Source: Octopus vulgaris | Lineage: Eukaryota | Assembly (NCBI GenBank): GCA_951406725.2 | Contig: OX597825.1 | Span: forward strand, 60,140,001 to 60,204,000 | Reading direction: 5' to 3' | DNA length: 64,000 nucleotides | Shown here: in pieces, positions 40,641-53,820 of the stretch | Position numbering within the stretch: position 1 is the first letter of the stretch | How the letters are laid out: the number at the start of each line of letters is the position of its first letter | The notes under the pieces: model-generated | What the model saw: the letters and a program-made list of their open reading frames with translations, nothing else | The model's database searches: none | What the model was told of the DNA's origin: nothing | Program-made: the position numbers and the translations under genes

Positions 40641-42439
40641 CCTACGCAATGCAGTTCATAACCGTGACTGAGGAGAGTTGAAACAACCACAAACCTGAAC
40701 AGACAGTTGGAAAACGGTACCAGTTGGGTTTGAAGATTAGAATGGTTTAGATCCAGAATATTTAAGATATATGCTATTGAGAAGTTTGAGTCCCTAAGAA
40801 TGATGTCTACAGATAGACACGCGGTGAAGGATAACAATCCTGGGTGGCAAGCTAAGTTATATCTGGCTCGCAGTTAATTCCTGGAAAATTTAGGAAAACA
40901 GTACAGGTAGCATGGATTTAAAAGCAGGAAAGAAAGAAACAGACACACAGAGAGAAGGAAAGACTTTGAATCAAAGCAATTGGATGCATTTGCTGCAGAT
41001 ATCAAGTAGAATGAGATTAGTCGTAGGGGATGTGGTGTTTATTCATTTATAGATACCACAATTGGGAATGAAGTTAAACAAAATATCGCAAGCGGGGCAG
41101 AGGTGTACCTAAGATAACCTTTGAGAGATTCTGTGACAGAGACGAGCAATGTTCTACATTACTTCAGCAGTATACGTGTCATACATGGGCGCGTTAACAT
41201 GACGATTATGTATATTTAAACAAACTCTCTACAAAACTTCAAACATAGGCATAGGAATATATAATAAAAGGACTGCGGTTCAAATAGATTCAAACGATTT
41301 TTGTCTTTAAAACTCAACACTTCTCAGCGAAGATGAAACTATGAAAACTTAACATATTCAAATTAACAGCAAAAATTTATATACTAAGGATGTCACTGGC
41401 ATCATGAAACAGAGTCTAGTGAGAGCAGTAAATGTTACATTATAAAAGCCGAAAATATATCTCAAAAACCATCGCAGTCTACACAATTATTATGGTGGTT
41501 AGATGGTTCCAGACATAAATCTGAAGGAAAACAAAGAAATCTCAGAATAAAGTAAGAATGCCAACAGCAGGAAAAATTGATTTAACAAAGAAAGATACAC
41601 TCACCATTTTTCGCCTCCTAGAACTTCCACCTTGTTGGGCTGATCGGAGTTATCTAGCAACAACATCATCAACAGCATTAACAACTTCACCCGAAACAGC
41701 AGTAAAGAATAAGAATCAAGAATAAAATCCAACAAAAACACAGACAAGCTGAAACAAATACAGAAATAACAAGATCAAAAACAACAGTAACCAACACAAA
41801 AACGAATAAAGTTCTAGTAGTATCATAAAGTTCCAGTGCACAGACGGCCGTGCGAATTGTAAAATATGTCAAAGAAAGTCAGTTTTGTCATTTACTGCGC
41901 GTGCGTCTACTCTTTTCCTCCCTATAGCCATAACGCCATCACCACAACAACAAAAAGCAAGCTTACAATAGCGATGCTGTTATAATTTTTTTCTAGAACT
42001 ATTGATCTTGTACTATCAAGTGCCAATTGCTATTAGACAGTTCGATAAAGAATTCATATGTGGTTCCAGTCTTTGACCAGCTGACTCCAAAATTTTCTAA
42101 ATTGCTCTAACATTTATGTCTTGTGATACTCTCTAAAGCCATATGTCTTTCATTAGTTATTGGGTATTTTTTAATAATTCCTCACTTTATGGCAGATTTG
42201 CATAGTTCTATTTTTTTTATGTATTCTCTTCCCACCCCTCTCTCTCTCTCTGAAAACACACATAACTTGCACAGTATATGCATATGTGTCTATGTATGTC
42301 GATATATATATATATATATACTTACATACATCAATACGGATATACATATATATAATGTATATATATATAATTAGGTATGTGTGTTAGTATATATCTAAAC
42401 ATATATTTATATATGTATATATGTATATAAAGATATACG

Positions 42440-42488
<49 letters not shown>

Positions 42489-42532
42489 TCCTACAAATAT
42501 AGATATATATGTCTGAGTGTGTATGAGTACGT

Positions 42533-42575
<43 letters not shown>

Positions 42576-43252
42576 AAAAAACATACGCACGCATATATGT
42601 AAGTATATATGGATGCATTTTATATATCTAAGCAAATGCGCATTGCCGGGTGCGCGACGAAGTTGAAAAGAGAAACAATATCAATATACATTTATACATA
42701 TATACACGCATGCATACACACGCACACAGACACACACACACACATACACATATATATATATATATATATATACATATGTATATGTATACACGCACATAAA
42801 AAATATGTATACTCGGTGAGTATGTTTGTGTAACGATTATTTTGGTTCAAATTTACTTTGATATTCTCTTTTCTTTTTCCTTTCTTTTCATCATTCTGTT
42901 CTGATTATGTATATGTATTAGTTCAAGATATAAACAGCCACAATCCAATAATCGCATAGACACACAGATAGAAGCAATTACTTCAGATGATATATGTGGC
43001 AACATGTATGTATAAAAAGCGACAGAGAGAGAGGGGGAGGAGAGTGAGAGACAGAGAAAGTGAGCAAGAGATAAATATGCATATATATGTGTGTGTGCAT
43101 ATATATTATGCATATAACTACCACAGATGATTTATACATGCATACGTGTATGAGTTTGTACATTGAAAGTTGATACAGGGATGCATACTTATATACACAT
43201 ACACGTATACGTGAACAAAAACAATAACCCACACGCACCCATACGTTGCGTT

Positions 43253-43334
<82 letters not shown>

Positions 43335-43363
43335 TACTTATATATATATTTATATATATATAT

Positions 43364-43543
43364 AGTTAATCCAAACAAGAAAGCACAAAAAAACGCAACA
43401 ACGCGAGGACGTGGAACAAATATAGTATTATTGGACGCTCAGGAAAGAAGGAAAGAAGGAGGGTTTAACGTTTCGAGCGGAGCTCTTCGTCGAAAACATA
43501 GAAGGAAAGATCCAGCGAAGGGAAGACAGAGGGAAAAAAATCG
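43364..43543 (-). mobile_element. Short TA-adjacent HHR element
   Basis: Ends ...GGATTAACTATA(TA)n. Shares TTCC.GAGCGT...TAATAC with the 14152 and 44035 elements. Confidence 0.7.
43463..43497 (-). ncRNA. 35-nt minimal hammerhead variant (core TCGACGA)
   Basis: GTTT-TCGACGA-A-GAGC-tcc-GCTC-GAAACGTT-AAAC. Confidence 0.65.
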
Positions 43544-43891
43544 AGTGTGTGTGTGGACGCATCTGTCTATGTATTATGTTTATATGCATTTATGTATGTA
43601 GGTATATACACAGAAAATGCAGACAGATAAAGTAACACACGTGTGTTTGTATGTGTGTGCGTGTGTGTGTGTATGTACGTATAGAAATATGTGTACGTGT
43701 GGGTCGTTTTGTATCTCCCTAAACTTATGGACTCATATTTGAATAAACATGCATTAGTCAGCATATACGTTATACATTATAAACGCATATAAATATAAGT
43801 CAAATAAAAGCAAATAGGACCGGACACAGTATTATGTATGAACAATACAAGCACGAGCATATAAATGTAATGTTTATGTATCTATGTTTGC

Positions 43892-43977
<86 letters not shown>

Positions 43978-43998
43978 CTACATGTACATACAAAACAA

Positions 43999-44034
<36 letters not shown>

Positions 44035-44202
44035 TGGATCGTTGAACGCTGCACGTATTTTCTCTCTCCGTTGTTTTTTTCTGTCGAAGAGCATATTGTC
44101 GAAATTTAAAAGACTGTTCCATTCTTTCCGAGCGTTAAACTAATACACATGCTTGTTGTTCCCACATCTCTATTCGTCTTTGGGTTTCAGTAAATTTGAA
44201 CT
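44035..44202 (+). mobile_element. Second copy of the 14152-14289 HHR element (HHR degenerate, 44077-44113)
   Basis: CTGTCGAAGAGC...TCGAAATTTAAAAGACT...GAGCGTTAAACTAATAC; TA flanks. Confidence 0.7.
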
Positions 44203-44317
44203 TTATATATATATAAAATTTAAATTAAATTTAGGGTAAAAATTGATATTTATCAATTAGAACCAGTGGTCTAACATATTAAAGAAAGAATCCGAAGATT
44301 AAAATATTTATATATAC

Positions 44318-44487
44318 CAATTAAGGACTGAACACGAAAAGTGGACAGTCAACATGCTAGATATAGACGTTAAATCGCCATTCTCCACAAAAAGTCTATG
44401 TTCGAGAACATAGACGTTTTGTGGAGAATGGCGATTTAACGTCTATATCTAGCATGTTGACTGTCCACTTTTCGTGTTCAGTCCTTA

Positions 44488-44491
<4 letters not shown>
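44318..44491. repeat. Near-perfect 174-bp palindrome
   Basis: 86-bp arms (44318-44403 / 44406-44491), 2-nt spacer, one mismatch; TA runs on both sides. Confidence 0.95.
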
Positions 44492-44542
<51 letters not shown>

Positions 44543-44545
<3 letters not shown>

Positions 44546-45467
44546 GCAGAATGGGTAAATTTTCGCCATCTTATATTTTTTATTTCGCATATGCCCATTG
44601 TTTCATTATGATTTTGTCACCTACACACTATAGGGTCAGTTGGGCACCTTTTGTGAAAATAAACAGCACCGTGATGCAATTCCCTTTGCCACAAATTTGG
44701 AAACGACATGTACTGCTTGGTATTTGCGCTGGAATCTCCAATACGAAAATTTCAGAGTGTTTGGATGTCAGTCTGAGGACAGTGCAGAGGATTCAGGAAG
44801 AGTTGTATGAGTTTAATGATGATTACGAAAGTACGGCAGCTCGGAAGACTCACTCTGATCGCTATGATAAGAAAAGAACTCTTGAATTTGTTGGTAAGAT
44901 AGACAACGATACTTCCAAGTCAATCAGATCCATTGCCAGGGCCATGGAAGTGTCTGAGTTTCTTATCAGGCAAGTAGTACATGAAGCCATTTGGTATTCC
45001 TCAAACAAAATAAGAAAGGGCGAATTTTTATCCCAAGCCATCAAGGACAAGAGGAAAGACCGTACTACGAAGCTTTTGAACAAAGTCAAGCATCCTCTCC
45101 AACCGAAGTAGCATTGGTTTTTTTTTTTCTCCAGGACAGATGGTGAACGCACAGATAAACCGTTAGCGTGTCGTGTCCCCAAAACATGTATCGAAAGTGA
45201 TAAAAATGAAATATCCAGATGAACTGAAGGCAAGGATTATGGCAGCATTCACCAACTTAAACAAGGTGATCGTTCAAGAGAGTTACAGGTGATTCCCGAA
45301 GTCATCTGGAGTCCGTGGTTGAAGCCAATGGTGATCTTATTGAATAAATTTACTCTTTACTATTTCAAGGTATTTTTTATGTAATTTTGATGAATATATT
45401 TGTTAAAATGTGATGCCTGTATTATTTGCGATTTTTGCGTAATTTAGACGACAATGTCTTCACTGTA
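44543..45467 (+). mobile_element. Internally deleted Tc1/mariner-superfamily transposon
   Basis: ORF 44551-45111 has a paired HTH-like region (ISECLDVSLRTVQRI...SIRSIARAMEVSEFLIRQVV). C-terminus DELKARIMAAF...LESVVEANGDLIE* at about 45218-45347. Catalytic middle is missing. Confidence 0.75.
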
Positions 45468-45469
45468 CC

Positions 45470-45565
<96 letters not shown>

Positions 45566-46351
45566 GTGTGTATGTGTGTGTGTGTGAGTGTGTGTGTGTG
45601 TGCATATATGTACGCATGTATGCGTGTCTGAGCACAAATACACGAATCTATATGTTCATACCCGTATACATTTATACTTGCTTACATAAAATTGCATAAG
45701 CTATCAACTATGTTAAAGGTAAAGTAAAAATTATATGCATGTTCGTTTCTCTAATCTATTGAAACAAAAGCAAGTACATCATTTTTTGACAAAGCCCTCT
45801 TACTTTTCGATGCGGTTCACAAGCTTCTTTATTCCATCGGTCATATATGCAGTCATATATGCTCTGCCGCCTGCGCTTCATCGTCCTTGCAATTGATGTT
45901 TGAGCCACTCGAAGAGGTGATAGCCAAAAGGTGCAAGAACTGGAATGTATGTAGTATGTTTGAAAAAACACGAAAACCAATTTTACACTGGTTTTAACAG
46001 TGTATGCGTCTTAAGGGTGAATATAGATTCGTTTTGCCCCCGAAATAGTCTCCCCGAAAGTATTAGTATCACTTTGTCCAGCAGAGGATCAAATCTTAAA
46101 TTTTCTTTTCGTCTATGTTTCCAAGTGTTTCCACGCAAAAATCCAGCTGTTTCGATTCTGGGTTCAAAAAGTTGAAGCCAGGTCTGCTACAATACTGAAC
46201 TGCAATTTCCTTTTTTTGTATTTAATATATGCATGTATAACATTATATATATATAAATATAGATATATATATATATATAATGTTATACATGCATATATTA
46301 ATATATTTAATATATGCATATATTAGTATTTAATATATGTATGTATAACAT

Positions 46352-46383
<32 letters not shown>

Positions 46384-46455
46384 ATGTTATACATGCATAT
46401 ATTAATATATTTAATATATGCATATATTAGTATTTAATATATGCATGTATAACAT

Positions 46456-46489
<34 letters not shown>

Positions 46490-46559
46490 ATGTTATACAT
46501 GCATATATTAATATATTTAATATATGCATATATTAGTATTTAATATATGCATGTATAAC

Positions 46560-46610
<51 letters not shown>

Positions 46611-46781
46611 GTAAACAAAGTCAAATGCGATACAATAAAATTAATTATTATCGCCGGTGTTCTAGCACACGCCATATATTATTCATATATAAGTACATTA
46701 AAAGGCGAAGTGTGTACTAGATACACAAAGCTGGATAAATTTAATGAGATGAAAATTAAAAACTTTTACAAACTTAGTTCT

Positions 46782-46854
46782 TCTTATACTGCAGTTTCGC
46801 CTATTTCAGCAATAAAAATAATATTTATTTACTCAGGTAGGCTCTTCAGTAAGA
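46782..46854 (-). ncRNA. Type I hammerhead ribozyme, canonical (downstream copy)
   Basis: TCTTA-CTGAAGA-GCCTA...TAGGC-GAAAC-TGCA-GTA-TAAGA: perfect 5-bp stems I and II, palindromic stem III ACTGCAGT. Confidence 0.9.
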
Positions 46855-47185
46855 TTCCTGTTATTATGGGAAGCGCACATCAATAGAGGCATGTGCGTCT
46901 ATTAAATTGCTCTTTCTAAACTATTCAAATCACTGCGCAGACTCAGAACGTGCCCGACAAAATAGTGGTTTCTGGTATATCGTCTAACGCTCAAAAATTT
47001 ATCGAGAAAATACGTAAACAAAGTCAAATGCGATACAATAAAATTAATTATTATCGCCGGTGTTCTAGCACACGCCATATATTATTCATATATAAGTACA
47101 TTAAAAGGCGAAGTGTGTACTAGATACACAAAAGCTGGATAAATTTAATGAGATGAAAATTAAAAACTTTTACAAACTTAGTTCT

Positions 47186-47258
47186 TCTTATACTGCAGTT
47201 TCGCCTATTTCAGCAATAAAAATAATATTTATTTACTCAGGTAGGCTCTTCAGTAAGA
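47186..47258 (-). ncRNA. Type I hammerhead ribozyme, canonical (upstream copy)
   Basis: Identical to 46782-46854. Confidence 0.9.
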
Positions 47259-47645
47259 TTCCTGTTATTATGGGAAGCGCACATCAATATATATATGTAT
47301 ATAATGTTATACATGCATATATTAAATACAAAAAAAGGAAATTGCAGTTCAGTATTGTAAATGCACGTCCATGTGAGAACATGCCATACTTATTTGAAAA
47401 CACTTCGCTATGTCAACACTATGCATGCAATATGGTGACAGACTATGCGTAAACGTTTATGTAGTTTAAAATGTAAAACAACGACCCGTACAAGATACCT
47501 TAAATCGATTGTTTCGTTAAAGTTATAATCCATATGTTCGAACTTGGTGTTCAACAGCAGACTCCAGTAATTCAGCAGTTCGTTTCCACTCGATCCTCCT
47601 CCACTATCCTACACACACACATGGACGCACATAGATACAAAATTT

Positions 47646-47858
47646 GGGGCGAGTTGGCAGAGTCATTAGCAGAGCAGGCAAAAGGTTTAGCGTTTTTTCG
47701 TACGTCTTTAAATTCTGAGTTCAAATTCCGCCGAGCTCGACTTTGTCTTTCATTTTCTTCGGGATCAATAAAATAAGTACCACTAGAGCACACGGCGTCG
47801 ATGTAATCAGCTCATCATACCGCTGAAATTACTGGCCTTGTGCCGAAATTTGAAATCA
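47646..47858 (+). mobile_element. SINE family C (tRNA head + CORE-like domain)
   Basis: GGCGAGTTGGCAGA...CTGAGTTCAAATTCCGCCGAG.TCGACTTTG. Confidence 0.8.
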
Positions 47859-48300
47859 GTGTATATACATGAGTATCTAGCCATAAAATATACAATGTGA
47901 CCGCAATATATTAGTGCTTGTAAAACGTTTTTGTTTTACGGCATTTGGGAGATGAGGTAAAACAAAATAATGATGGCAATAAAAATAACACTAAAATAAA
48001 TGTTCCTTGCGTAAGCTAAGGTATAACGGCAAAGATTATGGGTTTATTTCCCATCAGAATCATGTAGATTTCTGTTGAAATTACTTGAACATATCTACAT
48101 AGATGCACGCATTCAGGCAGACATATATACATGCTGAAACACACGCGCACACATATACTCACCCCACCCATATATATATATATATATAATAATATATTTT
48201 CCTATGCGTGTGTGTGTGTATACTCACGTATGTAAGTAGATAAGTGATAGTAGAAGTTATATTTATGTATAATACATGTATGTATACCTCTATCTATCTA

Positions 48301-48356
<56 letters not shown>

Positions 48357-49516
48357 AATGAAGAGGAAGAGGGAGTTATGAAATAGAATAGAATCAGTGT
48401 ATGATAATGCATTAAATAAAAATGTAAGTACAATAATAAAAGCAATTGAAAGAGAATAGAAGATATAAAAATGTACAAAAGTCTGACATGAAATGGCAAG
48501 AACGAATGATAGAAAAGGCTTAATGGAAAAAACAAAAAAAAAAAGAATTCTAGGATGATGTCGGTAAAGAAATGAGAGCAAATGTTTAAGAAAGAATGGA
48601 AGTAAGCGTCTGCGTTATTGGTCACTATAGTATTAGTTATCAATCGTAGAGCTTTTACACATCAGAAAATGTGCAAGAATAATTCATTTGAATACATTCT
48701 CCGTAAACTATGTCTATGCTTAGCTATTATGGTTTTGGTATATTTTTGCAAGATTTCTTTTCCATTAATAGAAATCCCTTAATCTACCAATATATATTTT
48801 TTCTTCTATAGAAGATCCTGTTTGTATGATGAGAAACGTAGATTAATCGAGTTGGCCGACAAAAGCTAACTTTCACTAAAGTTAGAAATATAACAAGAAA
48901 CGAACCGACGTAAGATTTAAGTGTATGTTCAGTTTGCTAGAGATATCAGCAAACTCTGCCTCAAATCACACTCTGACTGCTTTGAAAAAGCAAGCATTGG
49001 AGTGGCAAAATAGAATGTTTACCATTAGAGCGCATTTCACTATTGATCTTTTCAGAGGGGAATTATCTGGGGTTAAATTCAAAGAAAAAAACCCTTTGAT
49101 CCTTGTTACATTTTAATAGAGTAGTTGGATAGAATATTTAATTCAACTTAAATCACTTCATCATTTAACGTTTAAGCTAATAATATGAAATATTTTCTTT
49201 CCTCGAGTATGCTCCCCATATATTTGAAATTGCTGTAATATTTCAGTAACTACTTACCAACGTGTAAAAGTTTGTTTCTGTCAGTAGGAAGCAAATATAT
49301 CTTCTCATAGTAAGTAAATAAAAAAGGGAACTCGTTCAACGATCAACAAAAATGTATTTTTCTTTATTGACTGATGTAATGGATGCACCTGATTCTGTCA
49401 TATATGCTTGCTAACTAGAAGGAACGAAGCCAGACGTATTAAGTGGTGAAATGTAGAAAAAATGGTTAATGCATTTCACAAGAAATATTTTGGCCTTACA
49501 ACTTTCAACTCAGCTC

Positions 49517-49820
<304 letters not shown>

Positions 49821-50251
49821 GGTTTTCTCCTTGGCACTGCCAAAATAATAATCAGCAAAGTATTAGATACCTGAAAAGAATTGATAGAATGGTACCTTAG
49901 GCTGCAGGTAGCAAGCCCGTTACACTTGCAAGACTCCAGGAGCTTCAACAAAACCTGTAATAAAGAGAAAATATAACAAAACACACAGACAGAGACAGAC
50001 AGAGAAACTGACAGACACATATATGCATACATATATACATGCACACACACACACATACACACATATCTAGATAAAAGGGGAATGAATGTAAAAATACGTT
50101 AGGCAGGTTGTATATTGTAGACAATTCAAAATTATCCACGAATATATCAGTGGCCAGAACATGCACTCAAAAAATTATTGTGTAAGAAGTGTGCAATAAT
50201 TGTGAATAAATCAGTTATAGTAGTAAACAAATAGGTTTTTTTCAATGCTCC

Positions 50252-50560
50252 TACGTTCTGAGTTCAAATTCCGCCGAGGTCGACTTCGCCTTTCATCCTT
50301 TCGGGGTCGATTAGATAAGTACCAGTTACGCACTGGGGTCGATATTATCAACTTAATCCGTTTGTCTGTGTTTAGCCGCTTGTGGGTAGTAAAGAAATAG
50401 GTACTTCGTCTTTCTTTACGTTATGGGTTCAAATTCCGCCGAGGTCGACTTTAGTTTTTGGGCTCGATAAATTTAGTACAAATTTTGTACTGGAGTTGAT
50501 GTAAAAGACTGGCTCTCTGTTACCAAATGTTTCGGGCCTTGTGCCTAGAGTAAGAAAGTA
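50252..50560 (+). mobile_element. SINE family C, dimeric, 5'-truncated
   Basis: Two GTTCAAATTCCGCCGAGGTCGACTT units. Confidence 0.85.
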
Positions 50561-51676
50561 CATATAATTTTGTTTATTTGGGTAACTTTCATGAATTTAC
50601 TGAGGTAGCAAGAGCCTGGAACCTAACAATTCAATGCGAATGTGATACATACTTACACCACGAAAATATGTAGGGAATATATCGTAAAAGAGGGCATTTC
50701 GTACCTATTTCTGATGGAGACAGTTTAAAAATTTTATGACGATTGAACAACGTAACTTTCATAGACAAAAATCTCCATAAATTCATCTTACGTTCAATTT
50801 ATATAAAACCGTCACTCCTCACTTAGAAAAAGAAAAAAAAATATCGTTGTTTAGCCAATATATATATATTCTGCTCAGCTTATCTCCGCCTAACGTGAGT
50901 AAGCAACTGCAAAAAATAAATGAAATAAAATATAATAAATGAAACGATTAATACACTTAAAAGAAATAGATTAGAAGGGTCTGTAAAGCATACATAGAAG
51001 TGATTAATTATTTTCTTTTCTGTTTTCAGGTATTACAAGTAAAGTAAAAATGGCGTCTTATTCATATAATAGATATTTCATCCCAAACATATACAAACAC
51101 ACACACACACACGTACACTCCACCTCTCATACACATTCTCTTCCCCTCACTTACACATATCGGTAATGGTTTCCCTTCGGTCTTTCGACGATACATAATC
51201 AGGTTTTCGATTCTGCTCGATTGAATTAGTGTAAATATTTGATAATTACTCACGTAAAAACTAACACTCGTATCGTAATTCTGGTGCAGGAAAGTGTGGC
51301 AGTGAAACAGAATTGGGTTTTTGAAATTAGAGGTCAATTTCGTTCAGTAGACTTCCACGCACACACCAAATTTGCAAGGAATGTTGCAAATAATACTTGC
51401 CTCGGATTCCATGAGTTCAATCAAGGATATCGTGTGGGTGGAGCGAGCTCCTAAATTATTATTATTATACATCGGTTGTCAAGCAATATACACACACATC
51501 CATACATACTTACACATGTGGGTGTGTTTTATCATGAACCTGTGAGAGGTAAGCCATATGTACAATTCAAGCTTATATAATATTTATCTGATATATATTT
51601 GCATCTGCACATATATGCATGAAGCTGTAATTATTTTCAATAATTTATTACATTCATACATATATACATACACACA

Positions 51677-51772
<96 letters not shown>

Positions 51773-51862
51773 ATTAAGAGACAGAACCTCCATAAAGTAA
51801 TTCAATTATTAATGGAAGATATCTAATATATATATATATATATAATATATATATTATATGTA

Positions 51863-51893
<31 letters not shown>

Positions 51894-51894
<1 letters not shown>

Positions 51895-52309
51895 GCTGTG
51901 ATAGAAAATGAGGATTACATGTACTTGTGGGATTTCTGCATCAGAACTAAAGCAAGAAGACCGGTTATGATCATAGATGGCAAAATAAAGAAACAGTGTA
52001 AGATGCTGGTATTCTCTATGTTCGCAGAGTCGATGCCAAAAGGTTGACAAAACTGAGAAATATCAGTATGTTTTTATAGAGCCCAAGGAGACTGTGGAAG
52101 ACCACGAAACACTCATTCCCGTAGTAATTGGTGCACTTGACTCAACACCCCAAATGTTTTCTACAAGACTAAAAGAGACTGGAATTGAAACTCGCTTTGT
52201 TAGCCTGTACAGGATTATCATGCAACATTCGGCAATAACTCTAAAGAAGATTCCGAAGATTTTAGAAAAACTTATCACCAAACATCAAAATACAATACCT
52301 GCTAACTAA
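51894..52309 (+). mobile_element. R4/Dong-like non-LTR 3' fragment (RLE domain) starting at (TAA)n
   Basis: AVIENEDYMYLWDFCIRTKARRP...KYQ...RRLWK...IPVVIGALD; frameshifted. Confidence 0.75.
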
Positions 52310-52409
52310 ATTACCATACACTATAATTGTAGTAGTAGTATTAGTAGTAATAATAGTTGTGGTAGTGGTGGTGGTGTAGGTGGTAGTAATAGTAGTAGTA
52401 TTAGTAACT

Positions 52410-52800
52410 GGCGCATACAGACCGAATAATAAAAGCTAATAAACTGTTGTAAAAGACCAAGACAATAAAGTCTGTTTATTGATCGACATGATTATTCCTT
52501 GTGATCATACAATCTCGGCAAAAGAATTTGACAATCTAAGAAAATATAAAGACTTTCCCATTGAAATCGAAAATACGTGGTATCTTAAGGCGGTTACAAT
52601 AATTGTGATTGTAAGAGTACTTGGAACGGTCAAAAAAGGATGTGAAAATTGAGAATGACCACTGGCTTTCCATCCATGCATGAAATGCAAAAGATTGTTT
52701 TTAATGGTACGTCACACAAATTGAGAAAAGAATTGTCGCTCTAAGAACGAGAAGCAGCCATGTGAATAATTTTGTTTGTGTAAATTTATTTCACTGCACA
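52410..52800 (+). mobile_element. Second R4/Dong-like RLE fragment
   Basis: VVKDQDNKVCLLIDMIIPCDHTISAKEFDNLRKYKDFPIEIENTWYLKAVTIIVIVRVLGTVKKG. Confidence 0.75.
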
Positions 52801-53398
52801 ATCTGGTGTGTGGAAAACTCAGAAATTCTATCGTCACACTGATCATTAAGGTGAGTTCGTTGTGCCTGGTGGTGTTCTTTAATTTATACAAATTTGCTGT
52901 GTAACAGCACTTCCATCCCCACCCTACAAGTGAAACTTGAAAAATACTGTTATGTTGGCGAAGGGAAATGGTGTCCGTCCTCTGCGCTTCCAATCTGGCT
53001 CACCACAAAATCACTTTTATTAAGTCATTAGACAGATAAACAGTGCCTGTCATTTCTAGGCTAAAGGAAATTGGATTGACGATCTTCATAATGAACTCAG
53101 CTGATAGACGTGTGCCTTCTGCACATGACAGTCTGTATTTGGTATGGCTCAACAAGCCAACAGCGTTTGGGCCCAGGTTAAAGTGAAGAGTTGCTTCTTT
53201 AAAATCCACCTATGGTTGAGGTGACGTAGTTTTGATTCAGGTACCCCAATATTCAGATAGTTTTCATTTTCTGTTGTCTACAGAAGAACGGATGCCTAAC
53301 TCGGACTCACGCAATATTTATACATTTGCATAAAAGTGGCGTGACAATGGATTTCATCAGTAATAAGGATAAATAATATCAATGTTTATGAAAAATAT

Positions 53399-53820
53399 AA
53401 GGCGGTGAGCTAGCATGCCGGGCGAAATTCTTAGCAGTATTTCGTCTGTCGCTACGTTCTGAGTTCAAATTCTGCCGAGGTCGACTTTGCTTTCATCCTT
53501 TCGGGGTCGATTAAATAAGTACCAGTTACGCACTGGGGTCGATATAATCGAGATAATCCGTTTGCCTGTCCTTCTTTGTTCCCTCTATGTGTAGCCCCTT
53601 GTGGGCAGTAAAGAAATAAGAAACGTTAGCACGCCGAGCAAAATGCTAAGCGGCATTTCGTCCGTTTCTATGTTCGGAGTGAAAATTCTGCCGAGATTGA
53701 CATAGCTTTTCGTCATACTTGAGTTGATAAAATAAGTACTAGTTGAAAACTTGGGGCCGATGTAATCGACTTAGCTCTTCCCCCGAAATGGCTGACCTTG
53801 TGCCAAAATTTGAAGCCAAT
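53399..53820 (+). mobile_element. SINE family C, dimeric
   Basis: AAGGCGGTGAGCT...GAGGTCGACTTTGCTTTCATCCTTTCGGGGTCGAT; second unit from about 53620. Confidence 0.88.

Larger units (their letters stand above)
46607..47289 (-). mobile_element. Retrozyme-like element: two 279/280-bp direct repeats, each with a canonical HHR, and a 124-bp spacer
   Basis: Repeats at 46607-46885 and 47010-47289 differ by one A as far as I can read; (TA)n on both sides. Confidence 0.85.
46188..47359. repeat. 60-bp perfect inverted repeat enclosing tandem AT palindromes and the HHR dimer
   Basis: 46188-46247 is the reverse complement of 47300-47359. 46220-46610 holds about three ~108-bp self-complementary units. 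Confidence 0.85.

Noticed and set aside
46524-47452. Duplicated ORFs (120 aa and 99 aa) sharing MKIKNFYKL...
   Set aside because: They arise from the direct repeat, lie antisense to the HHRs, and have no recognisable domain.
51005-51120. Strong 3' splice-like site followed by ATG on the plus strand
   Set aside because: The downstream frame runs into a CA repeat with no recognisable product.
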